NCBI GenBank assembly: GCA_964016885.1
Contig: CAXHJY010000287.1
Coordinates: 12,786-76,785, forward strand
Reading direction: 5' to 3'
Length of the DNA stretch: 64,000 nt
Source of the DNA: Eledone cirrhosa
Taxonomy: Eukaryota
The notes under the pieces: generated by a model
Databases searched by the model: none
Seen by the model: only the letters and a program-made list of their open reading frames with translations
Told to the model about the DNA's origin: nothing
Made by a program: the position numbers and the translations under genes
Shown: positions 17,274 to 36,361 of the stretch, in pieces
Layout of the letters: the number at the start of each line of letters is the position of its first letter
Numbering within the stretch: the stretch's first letter is position 1

Positions 17274-17883
17274 GTCAGGTCACCAGTTGGTGCTACTGGT
17301 AACATGTATTCGAGTACAACCTGTCCCATGGTCGGGTCGTTGGTGACTAAACTGGCAACCCCACCAAGGTTTCTTGGTGAGGAGGGTGACTTTGGACATC
17401 CTGCAGGACTAAAAACAAAACCTGTCAAAAGGCAAAGGAGCTCTTAAGAGTCAATGGCCATCCAAAATCACCGGGAGAGATGACCCCTTAGCCTTTGTCA
17501 AGGCAGAATTCTAGGAGAAGGAAAACTCTGATATAACACCTGCAACCCTGATGGTATCCAATGATGTTGACTTGTTCTTCTTTTTGGTAAATATCATCTT
17601 GGTTAAGAGAGTGGGACTGGCTTTGTGCAGTGCCTTTGCTCACTATAAAAGCTTCACGGCACAGGCATTGCTTTATATCTGGAGATCTCTCTGCATTTGT
17701 CGTCACATGGTACCATGGGCCCAGCACTATGTGTCAATAATTGTCACAAGTGTAGTGTTTGTACCAGAGCTTTCAAGTCGCTGGCTGGACTAAAAAGTCA
17801 CACTCGTTCAGCGCATCAGTAGGGGTTCTCCTACATGGATATAAAGTAGTGGCCGTACTCGAAAACGAGTTGGCAGCCACCAT
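17274..17883 (+). mobile_element. RTE-derived element, copy 3 (full length)
   Basis: Matches copy 1 end to end. Confidence 0.9.
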
Positions 17884-17930
17884 GTATATATATATGTATG
17901 TATATATATATATATGTATGTATGTATATA

Positions 17931-17963
<33 letters not shown>

Positions 17964-18060
17964 ATATGTATGTGTATGTATGTATGTATATATGTATGTA
18001 TATATATATATATGTATGTATGTATGTATGTATATATATATGTATGTGTATGTATGTATG

Positions 18061-18093
<33 letters not shown>

Positions 18094-18272
18094 GTATGTA
18101 TATATATGTATGTATGTATGTATGTATATACATACATATACATACATACATATATATACATACATACATATACATACATATATATATATATACATACATA
18201 TACATACATACATACATATACATACATACATATACATATATATACATACATACATATATACATACATGTATG

Positions 18273-18306
<34 letters not shown>

Positions 18307-18552
18307 TGTATATATGTATGTATGTATGTATATATGTATGTATATATATATATGTATGTATGTATATATGTATGTATATATGTATGTATGTATATATGTA
18401 TGTATGTATATATATATGTATGTATATATATATGTATGTATATATATATGTATGTATATATATATGTATGTATATATATATGTATGTATATATATATGTA
18501 TGTATATATATATGTATGTATATATATATGTATGTATATATATATGTATGTA

Positions 18553-18588
<36 letters not shown>

Positions 18589-18704
18589 TATATGTATGTA
18601 TGTATATATATATGTATGTATGTATATATATATGTATGTATATGTATGTATATGTATATGTATGTATGTATATATATATATATGTATGTATATATATATG
18701 TATG

Positions 18705-18735
<31 letters not shown>

Positions 18736-18983
18736 GTATATATATATATGTATGTATATATATATGTATGTATATATATATGTATGTATATATATATGTA
18801 TGTATATATGTATGTATGTATGTATATATATGTATGTATGTATATATATGTATGTATATGTATGTATGTATGTATGTATATATATATGTATGTATGTATA
18901 TATATGTATGTATATGTATGTATGTATGTATATATATATGTATGTATATGTATGTATGTATGTATATATATATGTATGTATGT
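17884..18983. repeat. (TATG)/(TA) microsatellite with an internal opposite-strand (CATA) block at ~18131-18266
   Basis: Direct inspection. Confidence 0.95.
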
Positions 18984-19349
18984 AAGGAAAACTCTGATAT
19001 AACACCTGCAACCCTGATGGTATCCAATGATGTTGACTTGTTCTTCTTTTTGGTAAATATCATCTTGGTTAAGAGAGTGGGACTGGCTTTGTGCAGTGCC
19101 TTTGCTCACTATAAAAGCTTCACGGCACAGGCATTGCTTTATATCTGGAGATCTCTCTGCACTTGTCGTCACATGGTACCATGGGCCCAGCACTATGTGT
19201 CAGTAATTGTCACAAGTGTAGTGTTTGTACCAGAGTTTTCAAGTCGCTGGCTGGACTAAAAAGTCACACTCGTTCAGCGCATCGGTAGGGGTTCTCCTAC
19301 ATGGATATAAAGTAGTGGCCGTACTCGAAAACGAGTTGGCAGCCACCAT
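18984..19349 (+). mobile_element. RTE-derived element, copy 4 (5'-truncated)
   Basis: Begins at AAGGAAAACTCTGA; same 3' end as the other copies. Confidence 0.9.
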
Positions 19350-19450
19350 ATATATATATATATATATGTACATTATGAAGAGAGAAGAAACATTTAGATA
19401 TAATTAGTAATAAAATGTATCATACCTAAACTGTTCCTAAATTCCTCGAC

Positions 19451-19480
19451 TATATGTATATATATGTATGTATGTATGTA

Positions 19481-19525
<45 letters not shown>

Positions 19526-19578
19526 GTATATATGTATATATATATATGTATGTGTGTATATGTGTATGTATGTATATG

Positions 19579-19629
<51 letters not shown>

Positions 19630-19636
19630 GTATATG

Positions 19637-19682
<46 letters not shown>

Positions 19683-20327
19683 TGTGTATATATGTATGTG
19701 TATATGTGTGTATGTGTGTATGTATGTGTATGTATATGTATATATATGTATGTACGTATATATGTGTATGTGTGTGTGTATGTATATATATGTGTATATA
19801 TATGTGTATATATGTATATATGTGTGTATATATGTATGTATGTGTATATATATATATGTATATGTATGTGTATATATATGTATGTATGTATATATGTATG
19901 TATGTATATATGTATATATATATATATGTATATATGTATATATATATATATGTATGTATTTATATATGTATATATATATATGTGTATATATATATATATG
20001 TATGTGTGTATATGTATGTATGTATATATGTATGTATATATATATGTGTGTATATGTGTGTGTATGTATGTGTATATGTATGTATATATATATGTATGTA
20101 TATATATATGGATGTATATATATATGTATATGTATATATATATGTATGTATATGTATATATATATATATATGTGTGTATGTATATATGTATGTATATATA
20201 TATGTGTGTATATATATATGTGTGTATATATATATGTATGTATATATATGTATATATATATATACATATATGTATATATATATACTTATATATATGCATA
20301 TATGTAGATATATATACATATATTTAT
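19451..20327. repeat. (TA)/(TG) mixed microsatellite
   Basis: Direct inspection. Confidence 0.95.
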
Positions 20328-20966
20328 GTCAGGTCACCAGTTGGTGCTACTGGTAACATGTATCCCAGTACAACCTGTCTCATGGTCGGGTCGTTGGCGA
20401 CTAAACTGGCAACCCCACCAAGGTTTCTTGGTGAGGAGGGTGACTTTGGACATCCTGCAGGACTAAAAACAAAACCTGTCAAAGGGCAAAGGAGCTCTTA
20501 AGAGTCAATGGCCATCCAAAATCACCGGGAGAGATGACCCCTTTAGCCTTAGTCAAGGCAGAATTCTAGGAGAAGGAAAACTCTGATATAACACCTGCAA
20601 CCCTGATGGTATCCAATGATGTTGACTTGTTCTTCTTTTTGGTAAATAGCATCTTGGTTAAGAGAGTGGGACTGGCTTTGTGCAGTGCCTTTGCTCACTA
20701 TAAAAGCTTCACGGCACAGGCATTGCTTTATATCTGGAGATCTCTCTGCACTTGTCCTCACATGGGCCCAGCACTATGTGTCAATAATTGTCCTACCATG
20801 GGCCTAGCACTATGTGTCAATGATTGTCACAGGTGTAGTGTTTGTACCAGAGGTTTCAAGTCGCTGGCTGGACTAAAAAGTCACACTCGTTCAGCGCTTC
20901 GGTAGGGGTTATCATACATGGATGTAAAGTAGTAGCCGTACTCGAAAACGAGTTGGCAGCCACCAT
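20328..20966 (+). mobile_element. RTE-derived element, copy 5 (full length, internal 36-bp duplication)
   Basis: Matches copy 1; CATGGGCC(C/T)AGCACTATGTGTCAAT duplicated at 20761 and 20797. Confidence 0.9.
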
Positions 20967-22508
<1,542 letters not shown>

Positions 22509-22544
22509 GATTTCAGAAAGAGAGAGATATATAAGGAACACCGA

Positions 22545-22770
22545 ATGAAAGAAGAGTTGAGCTGGCTGGCTAAGACTTTGTACATACATATACGTGTGAG
22601 AGAGCATAGAATGGGAAGACATTTCATAATTTGCAGGAGAAATAACACGTGTTAGTAGAAAGACAGTAATTGAAGTACTAAACTGAATGGAAGACATGTA
22701 TAGTGGATTTGTGTAAGAAGTACGGCTACATTGAAACCGATAATCTGATATATAATAGAAATTCTGTAGG
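22545..22770 (+). pseudogene. Possible highly decayed Penelope-like GIY-YIG remnant
   Basis: [16 protein letters not shown] resembles LHIRIKEH..KKHIVNC of the fragment at 29040-29110; little else is recognisable. Confidence 0.3.
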
Positions 22771-23071
22771 AAGCAATATCACTTGGGACTGTGGAATAAT
22801 TGAGATGTACAAATGGATGTCGTTGTATACACAATGGTATTTATAGAAATCCCAAGTGGAAATGAGATTAAGCCTCATGTAATTGACCAAAGGTACAGGA
22901 TTTATGGCTTCATCTTTTATTAGGCTGGGCACACATACTGTCACGCCATTCAGATTTTATATCTGTAGTTAGATAATTCTCAAAGTATCATCTGTGAAAA
23001 TAAAAATAAAATGAAAATAAATGAAAAATCTGTTCAATTTTTCCCATGAATAACAAAAGACGGATTACTAT

Positions 23072-23283
23072 AATGATTTCTACTATAGGCACAAGACCAG
23101 TAATTTGGTGAAAGTCGATTATATCGACCCAAGTACGTTACTGGTGCTTTATTTTATCGACTGCATAAGGATGAAAGGCAAAGTTAACCTCGGCAGGATT
23201 ATAACACATACCGTAAAGGGACTTAACTCTATGCTGCATAGCATGGTGTCAGACTCTCTACCGATACTGCCAATCCACCGACC
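23072..23283 (-). mobile_element. SINE family A (long variant), diverged, with 16-bp TSD
   Basis: Body matches 51921-52109; TSD GACGGATTACTATAAT at 23059-23074 and 23287-23302. Confidence 0.9.
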
Positions 23284-23352
23284 TACGACGGATTACTATA
23301 ATAGTAATAGTTTTGTCTCTTAAAGTAACAATAATCCAATACATATTCAAAT

Positions 23353-23417
23353 AATTGTTTCTACTTTAGGCACAAGGCCAGCAATTTTCCAGTACATTAC
23401 TGGTACTTTATTTTATC
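23353..23417 (-). mobile_element. SINE family A, 65-bp 5'-truncated copy
   Basis: 3' end identical to other copies; flanking repeat CATATTCAAA at 23342 and 23417. Confidence 0.85.
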
Positions 23418-24898
23418 ATATTCAAAAATGTCTTGAAATTGGTACTTTTATATATTTTTCCAAGGTTCCAGCAATGTATTGCTCATCATTCTTGCCTTGT
23501 TTACCTCATTCAAAACATACACTCAACTTTACTTAGGAAATTTTCTTTTTTAGTTTTCCTCTGTTTTTTTTTCATTCGCAAAGAATTTATATCTACTAAT
23601 ATATTTGTGTTTTCATTGATAATTTCGTTTTTATTGGACCTACATCAGAATATTGCAGACATCTGATAGTCATTTATCATAACTATATTGTAGGAGTGCT
23701 AATAGAGCTATGGTATCTTGCAGGCGTTAAATTCAGACCTTTCTATTAACAATTGCAGTCAGATACCGTGGATATTTACTCTATCGACAAAGTTTCTATG
23801 GAAAGATATCCCATCGCTCTACTTTGATGAAATCTAGTTGTGCGCGTATTCAAACCAGTGAGCCCTCATCCATGAACTGGCGTAGCAAACGATGGCCTGA
23901 ATCAAGTCCGTGCATTTACCGCACATGGAAGTCTCTGCCTAGGCCAACATAATACCATAAGTGGAGATAGCAGACTCACAGAATATCCATGTAACAACGA
24001 CATATGCAACGAATTATGTTATAGACAACCAGCTACGAAGTTCTTTTTCGTATCAGTGCAAATGATAAAGTGGAGAATAACATGGTCAACAGTACAAAAA
24101 AGGAGATTTATTTACAGTCTAACAATTGTTTCACGGATAGTTGTCTAAAAATTGCTAAACACTGTAAATAGTGCCACTCAATTTAAAATACATGTTGGCC
24201 CCTTCATATCTTCAGAAACTGTCAAAAAATATAAATATATGTGTAGCCGGCATATTTACAAATTCAAATTACAACATCAAAAATAATATTAATAATAAAA
24301 TATAGAGAGAAAAAAAGGAAGGGGGATAGATATAGTAAAGAGAGAAAAGAAGGGAAGAAGAAAGAAGGGAAAAGAAAAAGAGATAGAGAAAGAAGAAATG
24401 ATTACAGCTAAAAGTAACATGTATAGCATATGAGAGAAAAACACAAGTAGAAATAGGATAGAGAGAAGAAGGTAGATGGGCAAATAGATGAATAAACGTT
24501 AATGCATGAATAAATGTAAGTCAAAATAAAGATAGATATATAGAAATATATAAGGAAATAAATGAAAAAATATATACAAAATTGATAGATAAATAAATAA
24601 TAAATAAATAAATAAATTACATCTAATGTAATATAAAATGGTATAATATGTGAAAAGTGAAGATGAAAATAAATAAATATATATGTAAAAGACGTAAAAA
24701 AGTACGAAGAATATTTAAACATAAGATTATTAAGAATAGTTTTTGCTAATTCTTAAATATATGGATAGATATTAAGTTGAAAATATGAGAATGTTGAATA
24801 CAATTATGTATACAATATATAACAGTTTTACAAATAAGCTTTGACGTACCCTATAAAATGCAACCACTGTTTTTGGAAGTCATCCGGATAGTCCGTTG

Positions 24899-24963
24899 TA
24901 TTTTGTCTGATGAAGGCATACCATAATTTAATTTGGTATCCCTGAAATATGTATAATGAAATA
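24899..24963 (+). ncRNA. Type I hammerhead ribozyme motif (probably a Penelope pLTR remnant)
   Basis: TATTTTGT-CTGATGA-AGGCATACCA..TGGTATCCCT-GAAA-TATGTA-TA-ATGAAATA: 8-bp stem I (2 G.U), ~9-bp stem II, near-palindromic stem III. Confidence 0.65.
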
Positions 24964-25002
24964 AATATGGTTATATAAATATAGTTTCCATTTATTAATA
25001 TC

Positions 25003-25003
<1 letters not shown>

Positions 25004-25049
<46 letters not shown>

Positions 25050-25104
25050 TATATACACACATATACATACACACATATATATATATATACACACATATAT
25101 ATAT

Positions 25105-25137
<33 letters not shown>

Positions 25138-25168
25138 AATATATATATATACACATATATATATACAC

Positions 25169-25253
<85 letters not shown>

Positions 25254-25306
25254 CACTTATATAAATATACATATATATATATATATACGCATACACATAT
25301 ATAAAT

Positions 25307-25361
<55 letters not shown>

Positions 25362-25499
25362 TAAATACATATATATATATATATATATAAATATATACAT
25401 ATATAAATACACATATATATAAATACACACATATATATATATATACATATACATATATACACACACATATCTCTCTCTCTCTCTCTCTCTCTCTAGATA

Positions 25500-25530
<31 letters not shown>

Positions 25531-25861
25531 GTGTGTATATATATATATAAATATATATATGTGTATATATGTATGTGTGTGTGTATATATATGTGTATAT
25601 ATGTGTGTGTATATATATGTGTATGTGTGTGTGTGTATATATACATATATATATATATATATGTGTATATATGTGTGTGTGTATATATATATATAAATAT
25701 ATATATGTGAATATATGTGTGTGTGTATATATACATATATATATATATATATGTGTATATATGTGTGTGTGTATATATATATATAAATATATATATGTGA
25801 ATATATGTGTGTGTGTATATATATATATATAAATATATATATGTGTATATATGTGTGTGTG

Positions 25862-25893
<32 letters not shown>

Positions 25894-25896
25894 CAT
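25004..25896. repeat. (TA)/(CA) then (CT) then (TA)/(TG) microsatellite
   Basis: Direct inspection; strand polarity flips around the (CT)n tract at ~25470-25494. Confidence 0.95.
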
Positions 25897-26047
25897 GTCT
25901 GTATGTATCTATGTATATAAAAGGTAACCAGAAATAAAGACATCGGTACAGTATATGGATGAACTATATTAGGTTCACGCTTGAAATTGCGAGAAGGGGC
26001 TCTTAACATTTCGGACACAAGTCCTTTAGAAGAAGAAAGTCTGTATG

Positions 26048-26090
<43 letters not shown>

Positions 26091-26219
26091 ATATGTGTGT
26101 ATATGTTCGTGTATATGTGTGTATATGTAAATATGTGTGTGCGTATATGTATGTATGTATAAATGTAAGTTTATATATATATGCATTTGTGCCTATATAT
26201 ATTTATATATATATGTATA

Positions 26220-26488
26220 TATATACCATCTATCTTTATATATATGTACATATACCATCTATCTTTATATATATGTATATATAAAATCTATCTTTATATA
26301 TATGTATATATAAAATCTATCTTTATATATATGTATATATACCATGTATGTATATATATATATGTATATGTATATATACCATGTATGTATATATGTATAT
26401 ATATATATATACGATCTGTCTTTATATATATAATCATCTGTCTTTATATATATATATATGTGTATATATATATATATATACCATCTGT

Positions 26489-26527
<39 letters not shown>

Positions 26528-26578
26528 CATCTGTCTTTATATATATATATATCTATATATATCTATATACCATCTGCC

Positions 26579-26632
<54 letters not shown>

Positions 26633-27055
26633 ATCTGTCTATATATATATATATATATATATACCATCTGTCTATATATATATATATATATATATACCAT
26701 CTGTCTATATATATATATATATATATACCATCTGTCTATATATATATATATATACCATCTGTCTATATATATATATATATACCATCTGTCTATATATATA
26801 TATATATACCATCTGTCTATATATATATATATATATACCATCTGTCTATATATATATATATATATACCATCTGTCTATATATATATATATATATATATAC
26901 CATCTGTCTATATATATATATATATACCATCTGTCTATATATATATATATACCATCTGTCTATATATATATATATACCATCTGTCTTTATATATATATGT
27001 ACCATCTGTCTTTATATATATATGTACCATCTATCTTTATATATGTATATATATA
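26220..27055. repeat. Minisatellite CCATCTGTC(T)+(TA)n of variable unit length
   Basis: About 20 CCATCTGTC/CCATCTATC cores separated by TA tracts. Confidence 0.92.
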
Positions 27056-27865
27056 TAGGGAGAGAGAGATAGGTAGAAAAAACGATTGAAAATGAGAGAT
27101 TGAAAGAAGTTGACATTGAGAGAAAGACAGATATATATTTTTCTGCTTTAAAATAATTTTTAGATGGAATATTATTGAATACAGCAAAAATAGACAGGTT
27201 TTGTTGATTGGGTCAATAAGTTTGCAACTAAAGACTACGATATAGAAATGAAGTATATCATATATCTATAACATAAAAAAAAAACCATATAAATAGCTAC
27301 ATAACAAAACTGTCTGCTGAGGAATACAAAAAGTGTAGAATGTTTAATGCTTAAAATAGTTAAGTTTACTATTCTTCAAATTCATCAATGTAGCCAGATA
27401 TAGAATGGTTTGAAGAGATGGATGAGTTTTCCTCTACTTTTAAAAATTACACAAAATAGAAATATTGAAATCAATGTCTATTGAATAAATACATCAATAC
27501 TTTAGAGATGAAAATAATCAAAGCATTCCCACATTGATTAAAATTATATTCTATGTAAATTTCTCAGATTTAGTAAATATCAAAATACAGCCAGTTTGTG
27601 TTTGTTGGATGAATTTATGGAGGATAAGTAAACAACAGATTAAAATAAAATAAAATAGACAGAAAAATGAACGATAAAATTGCAACGAAACAAAGAGAAA
27701 GAAACAGTAAAATCAGGCATATTTCCAAAATATGATTCAGTTACTGGACATAATTGTGTGAGATTTTAAAATGTATATATGCATATATATATATATATAT
27801 GTGTGTGTGTGTCTGTGTATATACGTGTGTATATGTATATATATATAAGTATATATCAGTATATA

Positions 27866-28488
27866 TGTCAGTGTTTAACAAACGAGCAACGGTGGTTGCT
27901 AGACACTACGGCTTAATACGGGATGTTTGTTTACAAACACACCGAGCATTATAATAAATGTTCGGTGAATCCATACGTGCATATATATATGTGTGCATGT
28001 ATGTATATATATATATATATACATACTACTGTACGTCGGTATACATATATGTATGTACGTGTACATACTTATATGTAAGTAACAGCCGTACTAAGAGTGG
28101 GAAATGAAATATCGTTTCATTTTTTCCGTTTATCGTTTTCGGTGCACCCGGCCGATTAACCCACTCGATATGCAAATTGGGCTACTCAGCCGTTAATATG
28201 CATAAGGTAAGTATATACGTTCAACAATCTGGCAGGAAGGTATACGTTGCTGACGATAGCTAACAAGCTTGAAACTAGTACAGCGTTCCTTTGTCAGTGT
28301 TGAACAAACGAGCAACGGTGGTTGCTAGACACTACGGCTTAATACGGGATGTTTGTTTACAAACACACCGAGCATTATAATAAATGTTCGGTGAATCCAT
28401 ACGTGCATATATATATATGTGTGCATGTATGTATATATATACATACTACTGTACGTCGGTATACATATATGTATGTACGTGTACATAC
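27866..28488 (+). mobile_element. 426-bp-period 1.5-mer repeat with a hammerhead (retrozyme-like or Penelope pLTR)
   Basis: 27866-28068 is repeated at 28292-28488; the hammerhead lies just before the second copy; microsatellite flanks. Confidence 0.8.
28244..28286 (+). ncRNA. Type I hammerhead ribozyme (GUA triplet)
   Basis: ACGTTG-CTGACGA-T-AGCT-AACA-AGCT-T-GAAA-CTAG-TA-CAGCGT; stem I extends through an internal loop (AAGG/CCTT). Confidence 0.85.
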
Positions 28489-28526
<38 letters not shown>

Positions 28527-28580
28527 GTGTATGTATGTCTGTGTGTGTGTGTATATATATATGTGTGTGTGTGCATATAT

Positions 28581-28611
<31 letters not shown>

Positions 28612-28838
28612 TGTGGGTGTGTGTGTATATATATTGTGTGTGTGTGTGTGTATATATATATTGTGTGTGTGTGTGTATATATATTGTGTGTGTGTGTGTA
28701 TATATATTGTGTGTGTGTGTGTATATATATTGTGTGTGTGTGTATATATATATATACACGTGTATATATATATATATATATATACATATATGGAGTGTAT
28801 ATACACGTGTATATATATATATATATATATACATATAT

Positions 28839-30715
<1,877 letters not shown>

Positions 30716-30862
30716 TATTTTCCGTTGTGTTGTAATATAAATATTACACACAGTAGATTATCAGCTCACGTAGAGTTTGCTCGACGGTTCCAGTTGTAGT
30801 TCCAAAAGTAATCCGGAGAAAAATAGAAAGATTTGAATGGATACAGTTTAGTTGAAAGGAAT

Positions 30863-30979
30863 TTATTGACACGTGTTTCTATAACAGTTACATAACCTAA
30901 AACAGCTATCTACAAACTTTTAGTTATGCAGACATTCAATATTTCAATGTTATTATTTACTGTCATTTCATCAGAATAA
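30863..30979 (-). ncRNA. Type I hammerhead motif with a long (~90-nt) stem II domain, GUC triplet
   Basis: Minus strand TTATT-CTGATGA-A-ATGACAGT...ACTGTTAT-A-GAAA-CACGTG-TC-AATAA; downstream of the Penelope-like coding remnant at 33930-34760 on the same strand. Confidence 0.65.
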
Positions 30980-31543
30980 TATTACTGAGGACCTATTTAG
31001 TTTTTATAGAGAATATTAGGAGGGAGGGGTGAAGTTGTTAGAAGAATAGTTGAAGGAGTGGTTTTTCGATAGCAGTGAGAATTCTTGGTGGCAGTGAGTA
31101 ATTAGATTCCCATCTGTTGTTTTGACATTTTTTATGGAATATATTATTGGTTATTTTTCTAAATCTATAGAAGGATTAGAGATAGTAAAGATATGCGTGG
31201 TTGGTTTTGTGTTTGCACTTAACATTCAGACTTAAATTTTTCTTTCAAGTGTACGTATTCTTTCACCCACGCATTCACACACAAATATATTTGCACACCT
31301 CTACAAAATACATATACTCACAATTCACATATTCATACTTACATATATATACACATGCATACACATATATATACACACATGTATTCATGTACATACATAC
31401 GCGCTCATGTGTATACATATTCATACTCAACTTATCTTTATATATACACACGTATAGACACACACATATATACATACATACTCTAGTCCATGTGTACACA
31501 CATACACATACATACACATCCATATACACATACATACATACAC

Positions 31544-33535
<1,992 letters not shown>

Positions 33536-33929
33536 ATCTATACATATATAATAATAACAATGATACTACTTATAGTTATGTATATAATATAAACAACTAT
33601 AAACAGGAAAGATCAGTAATTTCTATATTTATACAATGCTATTAATTTATATATTTAATTATAAATGTATATATAATTTATTATTACATATTACATTAAA
33701 TGTCTCTACATATTATATATCCATTACTGTATATAATATAAGTAATCTATAGTAGTTATATTAAAAGGCGGTAACTTTTTGTTTATTTCTAATAGTTATT
33801 GTAGAGTATAAAGTTAGAGATAAATAGGAGTTGCGTAGAGGAAATCCTAGAGGTGAATTTTTAATGGTGGTGAGGAATTCAAATCTGACAGTGTTATATA
33901 CTATCAGCTAGGTTTAATGTTCTGGCACG

Positions 33930-34760
33930 AGTGTCGGTAGTGGTGCTGGCGTGAGGAAAGTATCTCTGATTTTCTATTTAGGAGGTCTAGTTTCGAAAGG
34001 ATTATAGACGGGTCTCTAGAAGACAGAGTTTACACAATTTATTCGGTGGTTTATACGATGTGGCCCTACCTACTACTTCCCATTGAAGTGTATATGGTAT
34101 ATCCTAGATTTCAGAGAGTGTATGTAGCTAGATATAGAAGTGGAGTTGGCTAGATTGTGTTTTTTGAAAGAGTGGAGGTGCGAGTGTATCTCGTCTTGAA
34201 GCAGTACAAAGTAGAGCCAATATATGTTTTAGAAGGGTTGTTTGCGTTAACCGTGCATGAGTAAATGATGTCTTTGATTGAGCAATCATTACCTAAGGCG
34301 CAAGTTCAATTAGTTCTACAGTTACATTTATTATGGATGTTTGCTTGCCGGTTACTATGTTATGTAGCTGTCTGGTTGCCAAGGATAGCATTAGGGTAAT
34401 GATGGTTGTCATTCCTATTGTTATTGATTCCATTAGTGTTATTACCATTATTACTATTACTACTAGGATTTACAGGTACTAAGTTTACCTCCTGTCGTGT
34501 TTTAATTAGTTGGAAATAATTATTAATCTTCCTTTTTATTACTACTAGCTATATGGTACGCGATATTAGGTGTGGTAGGGTAATAGATTTAATGGTATTT
34601 TTATTAAGATTATGGTATTTATGGCCGGATGGGAAGTTATTTTTCCAGGATTGAGAAGAAAGCCTTAGGTAAGTTGGTAGAGACGTTTAGATTGAAAGGG
34701 GAATTGAAGAATGTATTAGTTCTTCTATTTTTGTTTTTTGTAATGTTTTTTTAGGTATTT
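33930..34760 (-). pseudogene. Decayed Penelope-like element: linker plus GIY-YIG region
   Basis: Minus fragments NRRTNTFFNSPFNLNV, NFPSGHKYH, KCNCRTN*TCALGNDCSIKDIIYSCTV, YIGS, STSISSYIHSLK, YTLQWEVVGRATSY..CKLCLLE parallel the element at 53667-55005; many frameshifts. Confidence 0.8.
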
Positions 34761-35067
34761 GTATTCCTGTTTATATTATTATTGTGGTGGTTACTTTGGT
34801 GCGAGTTAAGTTTGATATTAGTCACCGTATAAGAGATAGTGGCTAGTACTTTTATTATTTTTCCTCGTGGCTATATTGTGAGAAATAATGTTGTAACTAT
34901 GTGATTTTATAGGTAGGAATTCAATCCCATTGTTATGTCCTGGTGTGTATTTTATGTGATACATTTGCCATAAGTATTTATTTATTTATATATGCCTAAT
35001 ACCTTTGCTTGTTTCCTTCGCATATATATGCATATATGTGTATGCACACACATATATATATATATAA

Positions 35068-35126
<59 letters not shown>

Positions 35127-35246
35127 CTTAGACACACATACACACACACACACATACATATATCGATTAACTTTCGTCAAATCGGACCGAGGAAACAATG
35201 TTTCCATTGGTCTTTCCAATTGCTAATACTATCTTCACAACTTCAG

Positions 35247-35296
35247 GTAGAAGGAGTAACGTGAAATAAAGTGTCTTGCTCAAGGACATAACACAT
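35247..35296 (-). mobile_element. SINE family B fragment
   Basis: GAAATAAAGTGTCTTGCTCAAGGACA is the reverse complement of 48299-48324. Confidence 0.75.
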
Positions 35297-35673
35297 CTGC
35301 AATATTTCTGCTTTCACTAGCGGTCAGTTCACGTGTGGGTCACTTTAACGGCCATAATTCATACGAGCTGGTAGTTGGCATTATATTTGCAGGCTGTGGG
35401 ACTTAGCTATCTGATGAACTTTACTTTTCCATTAGAAATTCACTGAATTTCTAATCTTTTGTAAAGCGAAACCGACGGTAATATCATTATGAACAGGTAG
35501 ATATTTAAATCATTTTTAAATTTATTTAAAGAATTGTTTAATGTTTTGTTTTTTTTTCGGCTCTTCTCAATTTGTATAGTTCTGGTATCTCAAATTAGTA
35601 CCTTAGAACGACAATTATATTATAGACACCCTATATATCTCTATACACTTGGTACTCACAGAGATATTTACCT

Positions 35674-35737
<64 letters not shown>

Positions 35738-36318
35738 GTTTGGGTGTATGTATGGAGAAATGTATCATTTGGTTGTTAAAATGTTTAATAATTATTTACT
35801 GTATATCTATATGTCTAGAAATATTCTGTTTTATGCCTTCATTGGGGGAAGAGAAAACTCATGGTTGTTGAAAAAAATAAACGCTATAGTAATTCTGTTT
35901 CTACTTGTGGCTTGTAGTTTGCAATTTTAAGAGAAAGAAATCTTGATTGAATCGACCCCTTATATTGTCGATCCTGTAAGGACTTAAACTTCGGATGTAA
36001 TGGTTCGTGATTCTAGCAATAGTTCCGTTCACTGCAGTTTCTTGATGCAACTTAATACGTAGTTGTATTAATGATGATGATTAAGCTGAGGATGGTGACG
36101 GTGATGGCATAATTGATTCAATGGTGTGGGGGGGGGGGGTTAAAGGGGCTGCCGTTGTTGTTGATATTGTTTTGTGTTGCTCTTTGTGCATGTGTGGGTG
36201 GCCGGTGTTGTGGTGTAGGATATATTGTTAATGAAGATGATGACAACTATGATGATGATGGTGATTATAATAAATAAGAAATGGGTTTACATTACTTCAG
36301 TATTCCGTATATTCTAAC

Positions 36319-36361
<43 letters not shown>

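Noticed and set aside
23720-24150. Higher-complexity block with a stop-free stretch of about 90 codons
   Set aside because: No recognisable motif, start or donor site; cannot be supported without a search.
26000-26035. Minus-strand GGAC-TTGT-GTCC-GAAA hammerhead-like hairpin
   Set aside because: Core reduced to CTAAA; at most a dead relic, so not called as a ribozyme.
26584-27005. Regularly spaced CCATCTGTC repeats, superficially CRISPR-like
   Set aside because: Spacers are plain TA tracts, repeats are too short, the context is eukaryotic and there are no cas genes.
34306-34308. In-frame TGA within the Cys-rich linker as possible selenocysteine (reported for some Naiad elements)
   Set aside because: It falls at a non-Cys position (CNCRTN*TC) in a copy full of other disablements.
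35405-35452. CTGATGA..GAAA hammerhead-like spacing
   Set aside because: No stem II and no convincing stem I.
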